A stretch of DNA of 64,000 nucleotides from Chrysomallon squamiferum (Eukaryota; Animalia; Mollusca). Within the stretch, counting starts at the first letter, position 1; every line of letters begins with the position of its first letter. Both the position numbers and the translations under genes were made by a program. The notes beneath the pieces are model-generated. The model was given only the letters and a program-made list of their open reading frames with translations. It was not told the origin of the DNA and searched no databases. The DNA lies in contig CM022671.1 of NCBI GenBank assembly GCA_012295275.1, forward strand, positions 16,430,001 to 16,494,000, in the 5' to 3' direction. Below are positions 11,948 through 25,148 of the stretch, in pieces.

Positions 11948-12397
11948 CTATAAATAAAGTGTCCCAATTATCATAACATAATCATCATCATTTATTATGA
12001 TTGTGTTGTGTTTGTTATGTTTGTTTCTCAGTGTAGGTATATTCCTCTTTCTCTCATACTCTCCACGTTATATATGTGTGTGCATGTGTATATGTTTCTT
12101 TATATGTGGACTTAGGGAGTAACAATTACTTGTTCAATTGGATGTGTATGTATGTTTGTGTATGTGAGTGTGTGTGTGACTGTGTGTTTGTGTGTGTGTG
12201 TGACTGTGTGTTTGTGTGTGTGTGTAAGTGTGTTTGTCTACTTGTTTATCTAGATTTAGGGAGTAACATATAACAACATATAAATATATGTTCAAGAATG
12301 TAGGTGTGTGTGTTTTTATGTGGATTTTGGATGTAACATATAAATGTTTGTTCAAATGTATGTATGACTATAAAGTTGTATTTTATCTTGTTTTTAC

Positions 12398-12469
12398 CTT
12401 TGTATTTGGGCTAACAACATACATCTTCATTAGAAGAATGAAGAAAACCAGTAAATAGTGAAACTTCAT
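12398..12469 (-). CDS. First coding exon (signal peptide): MKFHYLLVFFILLMKMYVVSPNTK
   Basis: Acceptor ttttttctgacatag|ATG and donor AAG|gtaaaa. 72 nt = 24 codons. MK followed by a hydrophobic core is a classical signal-peptide pattern. Confidence 0.7.
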
Positions 12470-13452
12470 CTATGTCAGAAAAAAAAAGGAAAAAAAAGTT
12501 AATAAGTAACAATACATTTAATGACATCATCATCATCATCATTATTAATATAAAAACACAAAATTGAAATGAAAAAGAATCTTTTAAAACAATATTCATA
12601 TTTCTAAAAATCATATAAGGATCAAATCTTATTTCATTTACTTTCTTTTTTCCTCCTCTTTTTCTTCTCTTTTTGTTTATTTATTCAAGTTATGAAATTC
12701 TTGACTTAATTTGACAAATCTTTCTTTTAAATAAAGTAGTTTTAATTCTATTTAATTTGAAATGCTTTTATTGTCAGAAGTAGTCATGCAAAAAATGTAT
12801 GACCCCCAGTTTCTGACAGATAGTGATTTTATCGTCTGTAGCGTTTAGTGTAGTATTAATTATTTAATTAAAATCACAGTTTAATTTGCAAAGTAATAAA
12901 CGTTTTATTATTTTGATAATTCATAAATTGCACAGAGATAGATCAGTTTTTTGTTTGCTAGTTCCTTTATGTTGTTTTGTACCAATCAGAATTCGTTTAA
13001 AATAATTACGAATTTACCATGTTCAAAACGTAGAAGGAAAATAAAACAAACAAAACTGGCAGACAAAATTAAACTTGGACAGAACAGTGCTATCGTACGA
13101 CGATAAGATTTATTATTTCACTTTTGTAACTGTTTCATGAAGGTTTCTGCAGTAATAAAACAAAAATACTATACAGTTCGAAAACTGCATAATTGATGAT
13201 GCCCATTTAACATCGTGATCAGGAATTAATTCGTAAGTTATTGGGTTATTATTTTTTTTTTGCAGACGAAAATTCGTACGTATCGATAATAGGTAATTAT
13301 TTGAGATGTATGTTTTATACTTCATCAATCAGACTTAAACTGAATCTAATTAAAGAAATTAACATTTTCAAATTATACACATATTGTTGCATATATAGTA
13401 TACAAAAATTAAAGAAAAAGTAAGTAAGAAAGTAAAATAAAGAAAAACATAC

Positions 13453-13560
13453 CTTTATTAAATCGCCACTTAATTCACAGCAAAATAACAATTGCTAACT
13501 GATTAGCCAGCTATGTTTGATGACATCATTTCAACTTTTGCAACGTGTACTTCGGGATAA
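13453..13560 (-). other. Probable non-coding first exon/promoter of the secreted acidic protein gene
   Basis: Donor AAAG|gtatgt at 13453/13452. An upstream exon is expected because the ATG at 12469 directly follows an acceptor. The 5' boundary is uncertain. Confidence 0.4.
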
Positions 13561-13612
13561 TTCGGTAAATTTTACGAACCGTTGATAGAACTGAATAAAT
13601 TGGTGCATTAAA

Positions 13613-13666
<54 letters not shown>

Positions 13667-13947
13667 TAATTAATTAATAAATAAATTATAAACTTTAAAA
13701 AAAAAAAAGGTGTGATATTGTTATTACTACTACAATTATTCACATTGTTCTTAACTTTCCTATACATTTTAATTTTTGTTTTATGTCAAATAACATGTAG
13801 TCCGGTTGCCAAACCCTAGATTTTTGGAGAACCTTGCAATACAGTCCGTACAAAGTTTTTCTGCTGTTTCTATACCTCCGAGATGTGCTCTTTAAGAATC
13901 TGAATGATGCCACTCTGTCATCTTTGGGCAATCCGCACAATATGCAA

Positions 13948-14440
13948 ATTAAGGCCGCCATTACTGAAAATCTTGTTTTCGTCAATATCACAGTAACTAT
14001 GCATGGTATCAAAATAATTTCGGTGTCTATCCCCATGTTTTGAGGGGTAGAGAATCAGATTAAGCCATTTCAGTCAAGATCACACCAATATTTTGTGTTG
14101 AATAGGCATATTAAGGCCGCCATTACTGAAAATCTTGTTTTCGTCAATATCTCAGTAACTATGCATGGTATCAAAATAATTTCGGTGTCTATCCCCATGT
14201 TTTGAGGGTAGAGAATCAGATTAAGCCATTTCAGTCAAGATCACACCAATATTTTGTGCTGAATAGGCATATTAAGGCCGCCATTACTGAAAATCTTGTT
14301 TTCGTCAATATCTCAGTAACTATGCATGGTATCAAAATAATTTCGGTGTCTATCCCCATGTTTTGAGGGGTAAAGAATCAGATTAAGCCATTTCAGTCAA
14401 GATCACACCAATATTTTATACTGAATAGGCATATTAAGGA
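13948..14440. repeat. ~162-bp tandem repeat, 3 near-identical copies, probably inside a non-autonomous DNA transposon
   Basis: ATTAAGGCCGCCATTACTGAAAATCTTGTTTTCGTCAATATC... starts at 13948, 14110 and 14271. Element ends were not defined. Confidence 0.9.
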
Positions 14441-15085
14441 ATTGATGGTTGTTGATTTCTCAGATTCCGTAACTGAACACAGTATTATTATAACCGATAT
14501 TTTCATCTTCAAAACGTGTTTCCTAAATGCAGAATTTATATGGGAATTTTCCTTTGAACTATATTCTAAAAAAAAAAAATAATAATAAAAAAAATAAAAA
14601 ATAAAAAATAAAAAATAAATATATTAAAAAGAAATAAAAGTGATAGCCTCTTTTTATACCTTGGTAACTCCAAATGATCAAAACTGACTACATCAAAGAT
14701 AAATCTCCTGTACTACACCTATTTACTTTCCTCCATTTAAAATAAACGACTAATGTTAAATGTTTCAGAGATGACTGGGAGAAAAAAAAAAAAAAAAAAA
14801 AAAAAACACGCACATGACACACAATAACAACATCATTAATTTCATATTTTTAACTTTAATATATTTTTCCTACCATCAAAAGAACAATCCACAGGATAAA
14901 AATCTCAAGATTAATATAGATGATACCTCTGTTAGCTGAACATAATCTACTCAAAATAACTTTTTATTTGTTTCATACTGTTATTATTCTAAGCAGCAGG
15001 TTGGTGATTGTTTGTTCAAAATAGTTTATCCTCAAAAACTGTAGCCAACATACACCAATCCATCATGAGCAATGCTGGTGTAAAT

Positions 15086-15244
15086 CTAGGGAAGCGAGAC
15101 TAAATATTTAAATACTTTTAACTGCATTAGAAGTTGTGAATAATTGTGATACATTAATAACTTTGGTAGTATTATTCTTCTCTGTTGACAGATATTCTTT
15201 GGATCAACAGTGCATCCTCTTTTTATAGTATTCCCATCTCTTCT
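15086..15244 (-). CDS. Candidate terminal exon RRDGNTIKRGCTVDPKNICQQRRII... of a weak gene model
   Basis: Acceptor ctttttatgctacag|AGA, then 52 open codons to TAG, with minus-strand AATAAA near 14963. No homology recognised. Confidence 0.22.
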   Translation of the reverse strand, partial: RRDGNTIKRGCTVDPKNICQQRRIILPKLLMYHNYSQLLMQLKVFKYLVSLP

Positions 15245-18200
15245 CTGTAGCATAAAAAGTAGATCATCAGTATAAAATTTGTATGTTTAATCCCAATTTT
15301 TTTCAAATGTTTTTTTTTCGTTGTTGTTGTTGTTTATTTTGTATTATTTTTATATAATTTTTTATTCCTATTGTTTTCTTGATATGTCATAAATGTTTCA
15401 GTTTATACTGTGAAATAATGAAATGAGATGAAATGTATTATATTATATAGGTATTGTGAACTTAATTTATGCCCTTACACCAATCACTCATCATCAAAAC
15501 GTTTTTTTTTACATTATTACGCTTAGAAAGAAACTGAAAATAGTTTACACAGACTGAGTTCGAACATGCTTCTATTAGGTACAGTTCAGTGATAGGTATG
15601 TTGGAAGATTATTTTGTATTATTATTCTATCGTTTTTGATTCCAACTTGTTTGATGATCCCGGATAATTATAACAATTTACACTGCGAGATAATGTCATT
15701 TTGTTTTTGATGTTAAATTAAAGAATTAAAGTCATTGCTTTGTATGCTTGTCTATGTGCGTGCGTGTGTGCATTTAATATGTTATTATAAATGTGAAGTA
15801 AAAATAGTTGAGAAAAACAGTATGGAGATTACAAGAATTAGATTTTGCACTTATAAATGACTGTCTCTCACACTCTCATTTGATCACACTGGCTATACTG
15901 CTACAGATTCTCTTTCATTTACTCTCAAAACACGTCCACACGGGTATTCTCTCAATCACCAACACAACTTGGACACTTACAATAGGACAGGAATTGAAAA
16001 GTTTTACATAGGCTGAGTCCTAACCATTACTGTTTTCGGGGAAATACTATGATGCACGTGTTTGAAGAAGAGTCAGAGATTACACAAATAATAACGATCT
16101 AACAGTTAGACCTGTAAATAATCTACTACCTAAAATAGATCCCGGTACACGTCAGTTCTAAGCTGAACAGATCAATTAATTGTTCACTGGGGATGGTTAA
16201 ACAAAGAACAGAAAAGATCATGAACTGTAATTATTTCACGATCGTGTCTTGGAACAAATCGCCACTTGTGAAAATATAGAGCTAGATGTAAAACCAATAG
16301 TCAAGTCCGTACTTAATATTCCTGTTTAATTACCAACGATTCACTCATTTCAGAAAGTGAGTCACAGTTCTTCCTTGCAAACGATCTCTTATCCATTTCT
16401 GACAGACTCACGATCTCATCTCCGCTTTTCTGTTTGCGTAAGATCGCGCTGGTTTAAGAAAAAGAAAAAGTAGTTCATTCGTCTAATATATCAAAGTGCT
16501 GGACGTTTATTTGATTTAAGAAGAAAAATCAACACCAGTTTGAATGCATATGGATCAGGGGAAAAAAATGTGTCTCTACTCTTTACACTTGTTAAAAATA
16601 ACCACTTTCTTTCACTCTTATTAATTTTATTATTATCATCATCATAATAATCATTTACCATTATAATCATCATTTTTTTATTTAAAGAAATATAATATTA
16701 TGCATAATTACACACCAACCGTTTAGCAAATAAAAAAGAATACAATGCAAAACATGGATATCATATCACGACTGTACTGTGAGTAAAAACTTTGGTGGGG
16801 ATATATTTGGTCAGTGACCATCTGGAGAACTTTAGTCTCTCTTTAGATATTAATGCTTAACTTAATCCCGATTTATCTGCGCCAGCCTTTAACACAGATA
16901 GCTAAATTATAGTACGCATTGACGACGTGTAACTAGGACCCTCTGTATTACGAAACATCACAGAGTTAAGTATCATAGTTTAAAGCACCTGTGTGTACAT
17001 AACCGAAGAAAATAAATAGTTTCGTAAATCTGTCCTTTATTTTTAGTTTGTTATTCAGTCAGCATGCTTCCAGATCAAGCGCTTTTTTTTCATTTCAATA
17101 TCTCTCTCAACAGGACATCTTTAAACAGGGTACAAAATTATAACATCATATGTTTAATGTGAAACGCCATCTAAAAACAATCTTGGTGACGGTGATTGAT
17201 CATCTTTAAGAAACTTAGACTGATAAAGTGCTCATCTGTTTGATTATATAACAGATGAAAGTTCTTCGAATAGAGAGGTCTATGAGAAATGTCCTAATTT
17301 AGTCCTGGCTATTCACTTCCTTTCTGCAACGCACACAATACAGTTGCATGTTTGACTTACATTTAATTTGTTCAGAAAAAAAAAAAAAAAAAATTCTTGG
17401 CTGATAAAGAAAAACTGGGCGTATGACATCAAAATAATTTTTTTTATTTTTTATTTTTTTGTGCTTAGATAAACCTCATTAGAACTACGAATATAGCTTG
17501 TTAATGCCCATCAATATTTTAATTTTATACTTCATACATTTGTTTTTCTAGGATCATAAAAATTAAAATGAAACAAAGTAAAAAGAATGTTGTGGTATTA
17601 TTTATATGTGGTTTCTGATCTTATTCGTCCGGAGATGTCTTGAAGGAAGAAAAGCACAAAAAGTTTAATTAATATGTTTGACTATTAAAACCAAAATGAA
17701 CGATTTGTGAGGAGATATGATTAAACAGTATTTTAATTTATACACAATATTATGAAAACCTGTTTAAAAATTCTTGAATTTTATGTAAGCTTCTTCAAAC
17801 CTGATAAAGATATAACTATTACAAATATTTCAGAAACCTTGTGGTGACACTCAGATATATACAGTCCAATATGTACGACAACTCTGTGAATCTAGATTGC
17901 GGGATGTACAATATATGTAGTTTTCCAAACCGAAAAGACATTATTTCTTTGATCTGATTGCTAAATCAGAGGTAATAATGCCTGTCGAAAATAACTAATT
18001 TAATCCAATAAAAATTGACCTAAACCCTCACATTTGATTAGTTTATATATATTTTTTCGTTGTTATACTAAAATCATGTAATCAGACTAAAAGTGTGTAA
18101 TGTTAACCTATAATCTGTATTTCTTTTAATCATTTAAAACATTCTTGTTCCGATATATTTTTGATCATAAGAATGACCTTCATGTTTAATGAAATAACAC

Positions 18201-19624
18201 CGAGTCGATCGTGCTAAAAGTAAAACGTTCCCATACACAGAGAGCAATTTCACAATACTTTCAAAACAGACAAAGCACAACATAACATGTTTTAATACTG
18301 ATATACGCAAACAAAATGTCAACAGTATTCTGTCAGTATTTTCAAAATTAGATTATAAACAAGAAGGAAACTTGAGTTTTGTCCTCACCATGTTTTCATG
18401 TCAGAAAACGATTTGTTTACTTAAACAAGTCTGAAATATAAGTATATATATATTATACACACATACAGAAATAAAACATATACGTGTATATTCAGTGTTC
18501 AGTGCATCTGTTCTCTATCTTGTGGAAATTCAAAAAATATTTAAAAAAAAAAAATTAATAAAAATATGACTTTACAACGTATGTCATATACATATTAATT
18601 ACTGAATAGCTAGATATTTCTAGGTAATCTTTCTTTTATCTGTAATACAACACATATGTCATTACTACAAGCGTTATTAAACAATAAACATGTTAACCAT
18701 CACTTTGCTTCGTCTGTTGTTATTTTTAAATACAAAATAATGGTCTCCATATTTTCAGGTATGTAATTTTTGTTTTTCTTAAGGACAAAAGGTATTTTTG
18801 GTATATGAAGGACATGATCCGCACATACAAAATGTATTAATAATGTTAAATATAGAAATATAAAGTCGTATATCATTGATATCTAAAATTGAAATTTTGA
18901 CTATGTAAAAACGAGTAAACTAACAGATGTTTCAAAATATCTAGTGCAACAAAACTATCAGAAGTAAACTAATTTTAAATAATGAAACGTTAGGGTTCGT
19001 ATTAATGTTAGCAGTGTTAGTAGAGTTAGTATTTTATCTAATATTTATTATTGTACTAATTAATTTGCACCAGACATTTTGAACTCACAGCTTTTTATAA
19101 CCTGTTAATGTTTGAATAGCTGTTTTATTGTGTTATCCATTTATAAGTCAAATAAAAAATAAAAATTACTTTAAGCTTTATGTGCTTAGAGGAAGTAGTT
19201 TAATAACTGTCCTCGTTTATAAACATTTATGTGAAGAATTTTCTCACCTTTTGTATTTCTATTCTTACTGTTATTTAGGGAATTTAAAAAATAATAAATT
19301 AAATATATATATAATAATGTAATGTAATGTAATATAATATAATAAAAAAAGGAAAGAAATTAAGTCTGTAATTAACATATGTAAGAGAAGTCGTGGGTTA
19401 GAAAAGTTGTGATTGACTCTATGTGTACACAAAGTAACATTTACAAATATAATAAAATAAGACATATATAAGTGTGTACACATTATCATAGATATGTATA
19501 ATTAACATTAAATAAACATTTTGCTTTTAACTTAAACAACACAGTATAAATAGAATTAACAAAGAGAAATAACATCAGGAACACATTGCTAAACTGGTAT
19601 TATGAAAACAGTGTATACAAATAC

Positions 19625-19755
19625 CTGCTTTCCTTCTAGCTTGTGACTTTCTTTTTCAATATTTTTAATTTCGTTATTCTCATTCTTTTAGTTTCGTTTT
19701 CATTCTCCTTAATTTCTTTTTCATTCTTTTTAATTTCATGTTTTGCGAAGGCCGA
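19625..19755 (-). CDS. Candidate Lys/Glu/Asn-rich exon (SAFAKHEIKKNEKEIKENENETK/NENNEIKNIEKESHKLEGKQ) with a 1-nt frameshift
   Basis: Acceptor tttttttttcaag| and donor CAG|gtattt. 131 nt. Adding one A to the run in ACTAAAAGAAT gives 44 open codons with a repeating EIKxNE pattern, phase 0-0. Confidence 0.3.
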
Positions 19756-19782
19756 CTTGAAAAAAAAAAAAATAATAACATG

Positions 19783-19813
<31 letters not shown>

Positions 19814-19846
19814 GACTAATAATAATATACAGTGTACATATGTACA

Positions 19847-19895
<49 letters not shown>

Positions 19896-21742
19896 CATAC
19901 ATAAAACAAAACATTAATATTGAAATTGAAACAAAAAATATTCTATAAATATAGCTATCAGCAGTGAGTTTAAACATTGTGTTCACATTATAATATGTAT
20001 CAGTTTGAGATCGAATATTTCTGATATCTGAGTGAATTCTGTTCGCCGTGCAACACCGTATGCAAATATTCATGTAGGCCCGTATTGCGAGCATGACTTT
20101 GTTAACAAGATTCTCTGCATGAATGAGTTATGCCCCTAGGCCTACTTGTAGTTTTGTGTTTAATAAATCTAATATTCTATCATTTTTATTTCGTTACTTG
20201 ATATAGAATATTAAAACAGACATTCTTGCAACGGTTCAGATCAGATTTTTCAGGATCAAATCGAATGATGTACATGTGTTATATGATTATAGACAAATAT
20301 TTGACGTTACGTTATTTCGACACTAAATTTGGAATAACCACTGTGATATTTAGCAATGGTTGACAGTCAGATGGTGAGGAGCAAAAAGAATGATATTCAT
20401 ACAGACAAATATTTTACTTCTTGTTTATTTGACGGTACAGGTTATCGTTCTAACATAGCATATAATCTGATTCAGTGTTTGTTTTTAATTGGCTCGGAAT
20501 AATTTCGAATCAAGAGTACAACAGAATGGATTCATTTCTGAAAGAATAAAGAGGTTTACACAAAGGATTCTCTTCCACCTACACCTTTATAGTATGCATA
20601 AGATATTACCTACATTAGTAAAATCTTCAAAAGATATAATGGATATAATTATATAATAATACATAATAACAAAATATGCATATGATATGTCTTTATTCTA
20701 CTGTGTGCAGAAAAGATGATTAAATCGTAATGGCCGAACACAGGAAAAGAAGTAAAAAAAAAAAAAATGTGGAAAAATGAAAAACGCTGTATACGAGCGT
20801 ATACAGTAGTCTTAGTCTAATTCTGATTTGCCTTTCATCATCACAATTATCACGATCAGACGCATCGTTATTATCAGTTATCATTCCAGATTTTACTATA
20901 AACAGACAACAACAACAACAACAACAATAATCATAATAATACGAACATACATACATGTAATATTAATAGCGTTAATGTTTGTTACATTTGATTGTGTGTG
21001 TGTGTGTGTCGTTCAGAACCTTGCCTCAGTAAACCTAACAAACTATGATAAGCTATGAATGGACAAGTAAGATATACCGTGACGTGGTCAAAATACGTAA
21101 TATATCAGTTTTAGGCGATAACACCCATACACAACAATTTTTATTCTTATCTTAACAGCAGATTTTAAAATAATCAGTTTAACATTAAAACATAAACCTT
21201 CGTTTAGCAAAACGTCAAACGTAGTCCACCGGGTCTTACCCATGTGACCGTAAAGAGCTAAATTTTTTATCTCTCCAGACAGGAGAGTCAAGAATAATTA
21301 ACACGAGTAAGATTCCTTCAGACCTGAAGAGTGTCATCCGTGACACGATGACAGACCCGTGTCTTACTCAACAATTATATGACCCAAAACTTAGTGTAAA
21401 GCAAAGAAATATTATTGAAAAGGAAGATCTTTTGACGCTGTTTCATCTGAGTATTACTGTCTTCATCTTCGTGATGTTTTCCTCTCCTTACAGTCTTTTG
21501 CCTTGCTCGCCCTCGGATTATAAAGCAGAACATTACTAATGTCTGGTGACAACATTCAAAAGCATATAAGACACTCCCAACCCAAATGCCGGCAAGAATA
21601 AAGAAAATGAAAAAAAGAAAAAATTCCTGATTAGCCCCCTGAACGCTATAAAGAAAATGAAGAAATATTGCTGTAACAAGCAGTTGAAAATCCAAGAGTG
21701 TGTTTTATCGGAGACAAATACCTGACTTTATAGTTTTAGAGA

Positions 21743-21815
21743 ATCACGTGATAACTGACCAATCATAGCACGCTGTTTTCCATCGACAGCGTCATAAGTA
21801 TTCACGACTTTTCGC
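21743..21815. promoter_or_regulatory. Promoter-like cluster: palindromic E-box ATCACGTGAT (21743-21752) and CCAAT box (21759-21763)
   Basis: Motifs read directly in a CpG-containing patch. The target transcript is uncertain. Confidence 0.35.
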
Positions 21816-22975
21816 GTCTATTTTTAAAAGTATTAAGAACTTCCCTAAGTGTTTTATAAAAAGAAAAAATATATATATATATCATAATTTATTTTTTTTA
21901 ACTTAATATTATTGAGAGAACAGACAGAATGATAATATAGGCTATGTCGTACTTATTTTGTGTCTCAGAAAATTTATGTGTGAACGTAGACTTAGTTCCG
22001 AATAAAAAAAATAAAACAGGAAAAGAATACAAAATCCTGTCACTTGCTAATCTCTCTTTAAGCCAGCTTTTGTTATTTTCATTAGCAATGCAAAGGATCA
22101 TGCAATTCAACCGTGGCTTACTTTTATTGACATATTTCTGTAACCCAACTTTATTGTAAAAGACGACATTCTTTGTTTAAATTTTAGATTTTGTTTCTTC
22201 CTAACCGTGAATTTCTTTTGTTTTTGTTTATAGCTACATTTTAACTCTTATATTTAATTTGTAACAACACGGTGAAACAGAGTAGATGGGGTGTTAAAGT
22301 CTTGAGCAAACCACAGAATTAATTCCTTTTTTATTTGTTATTTAAATTTCTTATGTCTTCGCTGAGGTTGCTCTGAATTTAGTTCTGGCATTTCAGTACT
22401 TAAGTGTATTTTTTAACTATTTTAATTTATTTATTTCTACCTTACATCAATAAATTACCCTTAAACTGGACTAGTTTTCATGCAGTAAGGTAGAATATGT
22501 TGGCAAAAACAAACAATAACAAGAACCAAACATAAACATCACACACACAAAAAATAAACAAATAAATAAACAATAAACATAAATAAATAATTATGAAAAA
22601 ATGTAACACAAATATGATCTAAATAAATAAATATATAGTTTTATAAAAGTACGGAACTGATAATTTCAGACTGCACTAGGACAAGAATATAGAAAAATTC
22701 TCATTTTTTATTTCCACTGTTAATTATGTGACTGTACGTCGGCTTGTACAGATGAATGTTACAAAGCTTAAAAACACTGGACTACAGTGAATGTTTTCTC
22801 ACACTGGATGTAAGCGACAGCTGGACATCACTCACAGACCAGCACGCGTGATAATCTTAATATTCTTACAGCTGACAAAACATGGAGCCGAAAACGTGAT
22901 TTTGTGTTTTAATCAAAAATATTAATACTACTAATAAACTAAAATAATACGAAATAATATATATTTATATAACTG

Positions 22976-23012
<37 letters not shown>

Positions 23013-23459
23013 TTTATTATTTTATTATGTGTGTGAGTTTATAAATATATAGAAAAAGCGAGAAAGAGAGAGAATAATTAAATAAAGAATTAAACGAATG
23101 AAAAGACAATAATAAAATAAAATATAATAAAATAAGTAAATAAAAATGACACGCATACAAAATACTTTTTTTATTACGGTAACCGTTTTGGCTATGTTTT
23201 AAATATATTTAGCTTATAGATTAATGTTAAATGCCAATTAAAAATAGTTCCCAACACTATTATCAAAACAGAAACAAATCTCGAGAAAAAACGAAAGAAA
23301 TAAACAATAAAAATCTCCTGAAACGCAGAAAATTCTTTCTTACGACTGCATTAATAAACTGGTTTACTACTTGCACTGGACAATATCCCGTTACTGACAA
23401 TGCTCCTTGATTGATTTTCAACATTTTCCTGTGCATGGAAATATGACATGTTATTTAGT

Positions 23460-24347
23460 TGATAAAGGTTAACAGCGACAGAAGTTCTCATCTTTCATCA
23501 TCATAACAGAAGAAAACAAAACATGACAGAATTCAATAACCCTTAATATTAAGTTACGATGACGTCTCGATAAATACATACTCCTTTACGTTTTGGAACT
23601 AAAGCCAGTTTACTAATTTGACAGACGTCTTGTTAAAGTGACGTTTGTACAGGAAATAGCTGACGTCCACTTATTTTACATGTTGTCATCTTAACAGCGA
23701 CAGAGCGTAACTGACAATCTTCTTAAACCTCAGTTTGTTTCATGTGCAGAACAACGACCTCGTTCATCGTCATCTTCTCTGGTGATGAACAAATAGACCC
23801 ACCATCTACTTTAAAGCTGTGTGGGTTTTGGGTTTTTTTTTTTCTTTCAAACCGGATTTGTTAACTGTGCTTTTCGTTGGTTTTTCTCTAACGACTCAAA
23901 AATGTCACACAGTCTTCTGCTGTAACGACGTGACGATTTGTAAAAGAAAAGAAAAAAAAAAGGAAGAAAGAGAAGAAAAACCATCACTTTCGTTTATTAT
24001 TGAGTTCTTCTAGCGTTCTTAGATTCCGTATCATCGCTGAGACAGAATCAAAGTCTGCGGACAGATTTCTAATTCCAAGGACACTTCACGGTCTCGCTCT
24101 GTTATCCGGCGGAGTTAAATTAATTCAAACCCATATTGACGTTTTAATGCAGTTTTCACACCAGCTAACTTATGCTCATATATCGATATACTGTTGAATT
24201 GTCATCCCACGGTGACTATCGGATTTCTGAGACGGCTAGCTAAGTGTGATGTGTAATACTTGATATTTCCGTGTATTTGTTATTGAAAGGAGTTTTAAAA
24301 GGCTTTGAAACTACAAGGACGATTTTATATTTTTTAGTTTAAGAAAG
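23460..24347 (+). promoter_or_regulatory. Possible promoter and non-coding leader exon of the + strand GPCR
   Basis: Consensus donor AAG|GTAAGT at 24347/24348. Upstream are GACGTC/TGACGT CRE-like cores (~23560, 23624, 23639, 23661) and a repeated TTAACAGCGACAGA (23470, 23691). Linkage to the GPCR is inferred. Confidence 0.3.
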
Positions 24348-25030
24348 GTAAGTGAAAAGGAACAAATATTTTCCCTTAGTCTGTTATGTCTATTGGTAAT
24401 ATATTATTACATATTGTCACTAGTCATAACAAACTTGAGGGGATAATGCGTATTTGTACAAGAACTAAAATGTAATGTATTGTTAAAAGTCATTAAAAAA
24501 ACGATTGTAAATTTTCTTAGTAAAATTATTAATTGAATTAAAATGTTATTTAGTATATCATGTAATATATTGTTTAAATTAAACAATTTATTAAAATGTT
24601 TAATGTTAAAGAGGAATAAGAAATGTCACAAATATATATATTCAGTCTGATATCGTAACTTCATTAGTTATTATTTCTGGTGACATTTAACTGTATCACG
24701 TCCTGTCCTTCCTCCCTCGCAGAATCTGATTTCGCTGCTGATACAGGAAATAATAATGTTAACGGTTTACTCAGTAATTTCCGCTATGTTCACAGAAGGC
24801 GCCGTATGGCCCTGAACTGAACGGTCACATTCTCAAACTTACTAAACACCTCAGGGTTACGGTGATAGTAGATGGTGTTTACTATGATTGAATAATAATT
24901 ATTAGTTTATTGCGAAACGTAGTTATTGGTTAAGGTTTAATTTCATATTAAAAATACTTCAAAAAAAGAATACAAAAAACTGAATTTGATCTCTGATGCA
25001 AACGAACCTATGAGCAGACGTCATTACAGT

Positions 25031-25148
<118 letters not shown>

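Noticed and set aside
15175-15225. GCTVDPKNIC as the CNMamide ligand of the neighbouring receptors
   Set aside because: The Cys spacing differs from CNMamide peptides, and there is no C-terminal CNM-Gly amidation motif.
21375-21695. 106-aa hydrophobic ORF as a membrane protein
   Set aside because: It starts at TTG, its hydrophobicity comes from T-rich sequence, and it has no recognisable domain or consistent splice phase. It is kept only as a possible 5' region of the weak 15-21 kb model.
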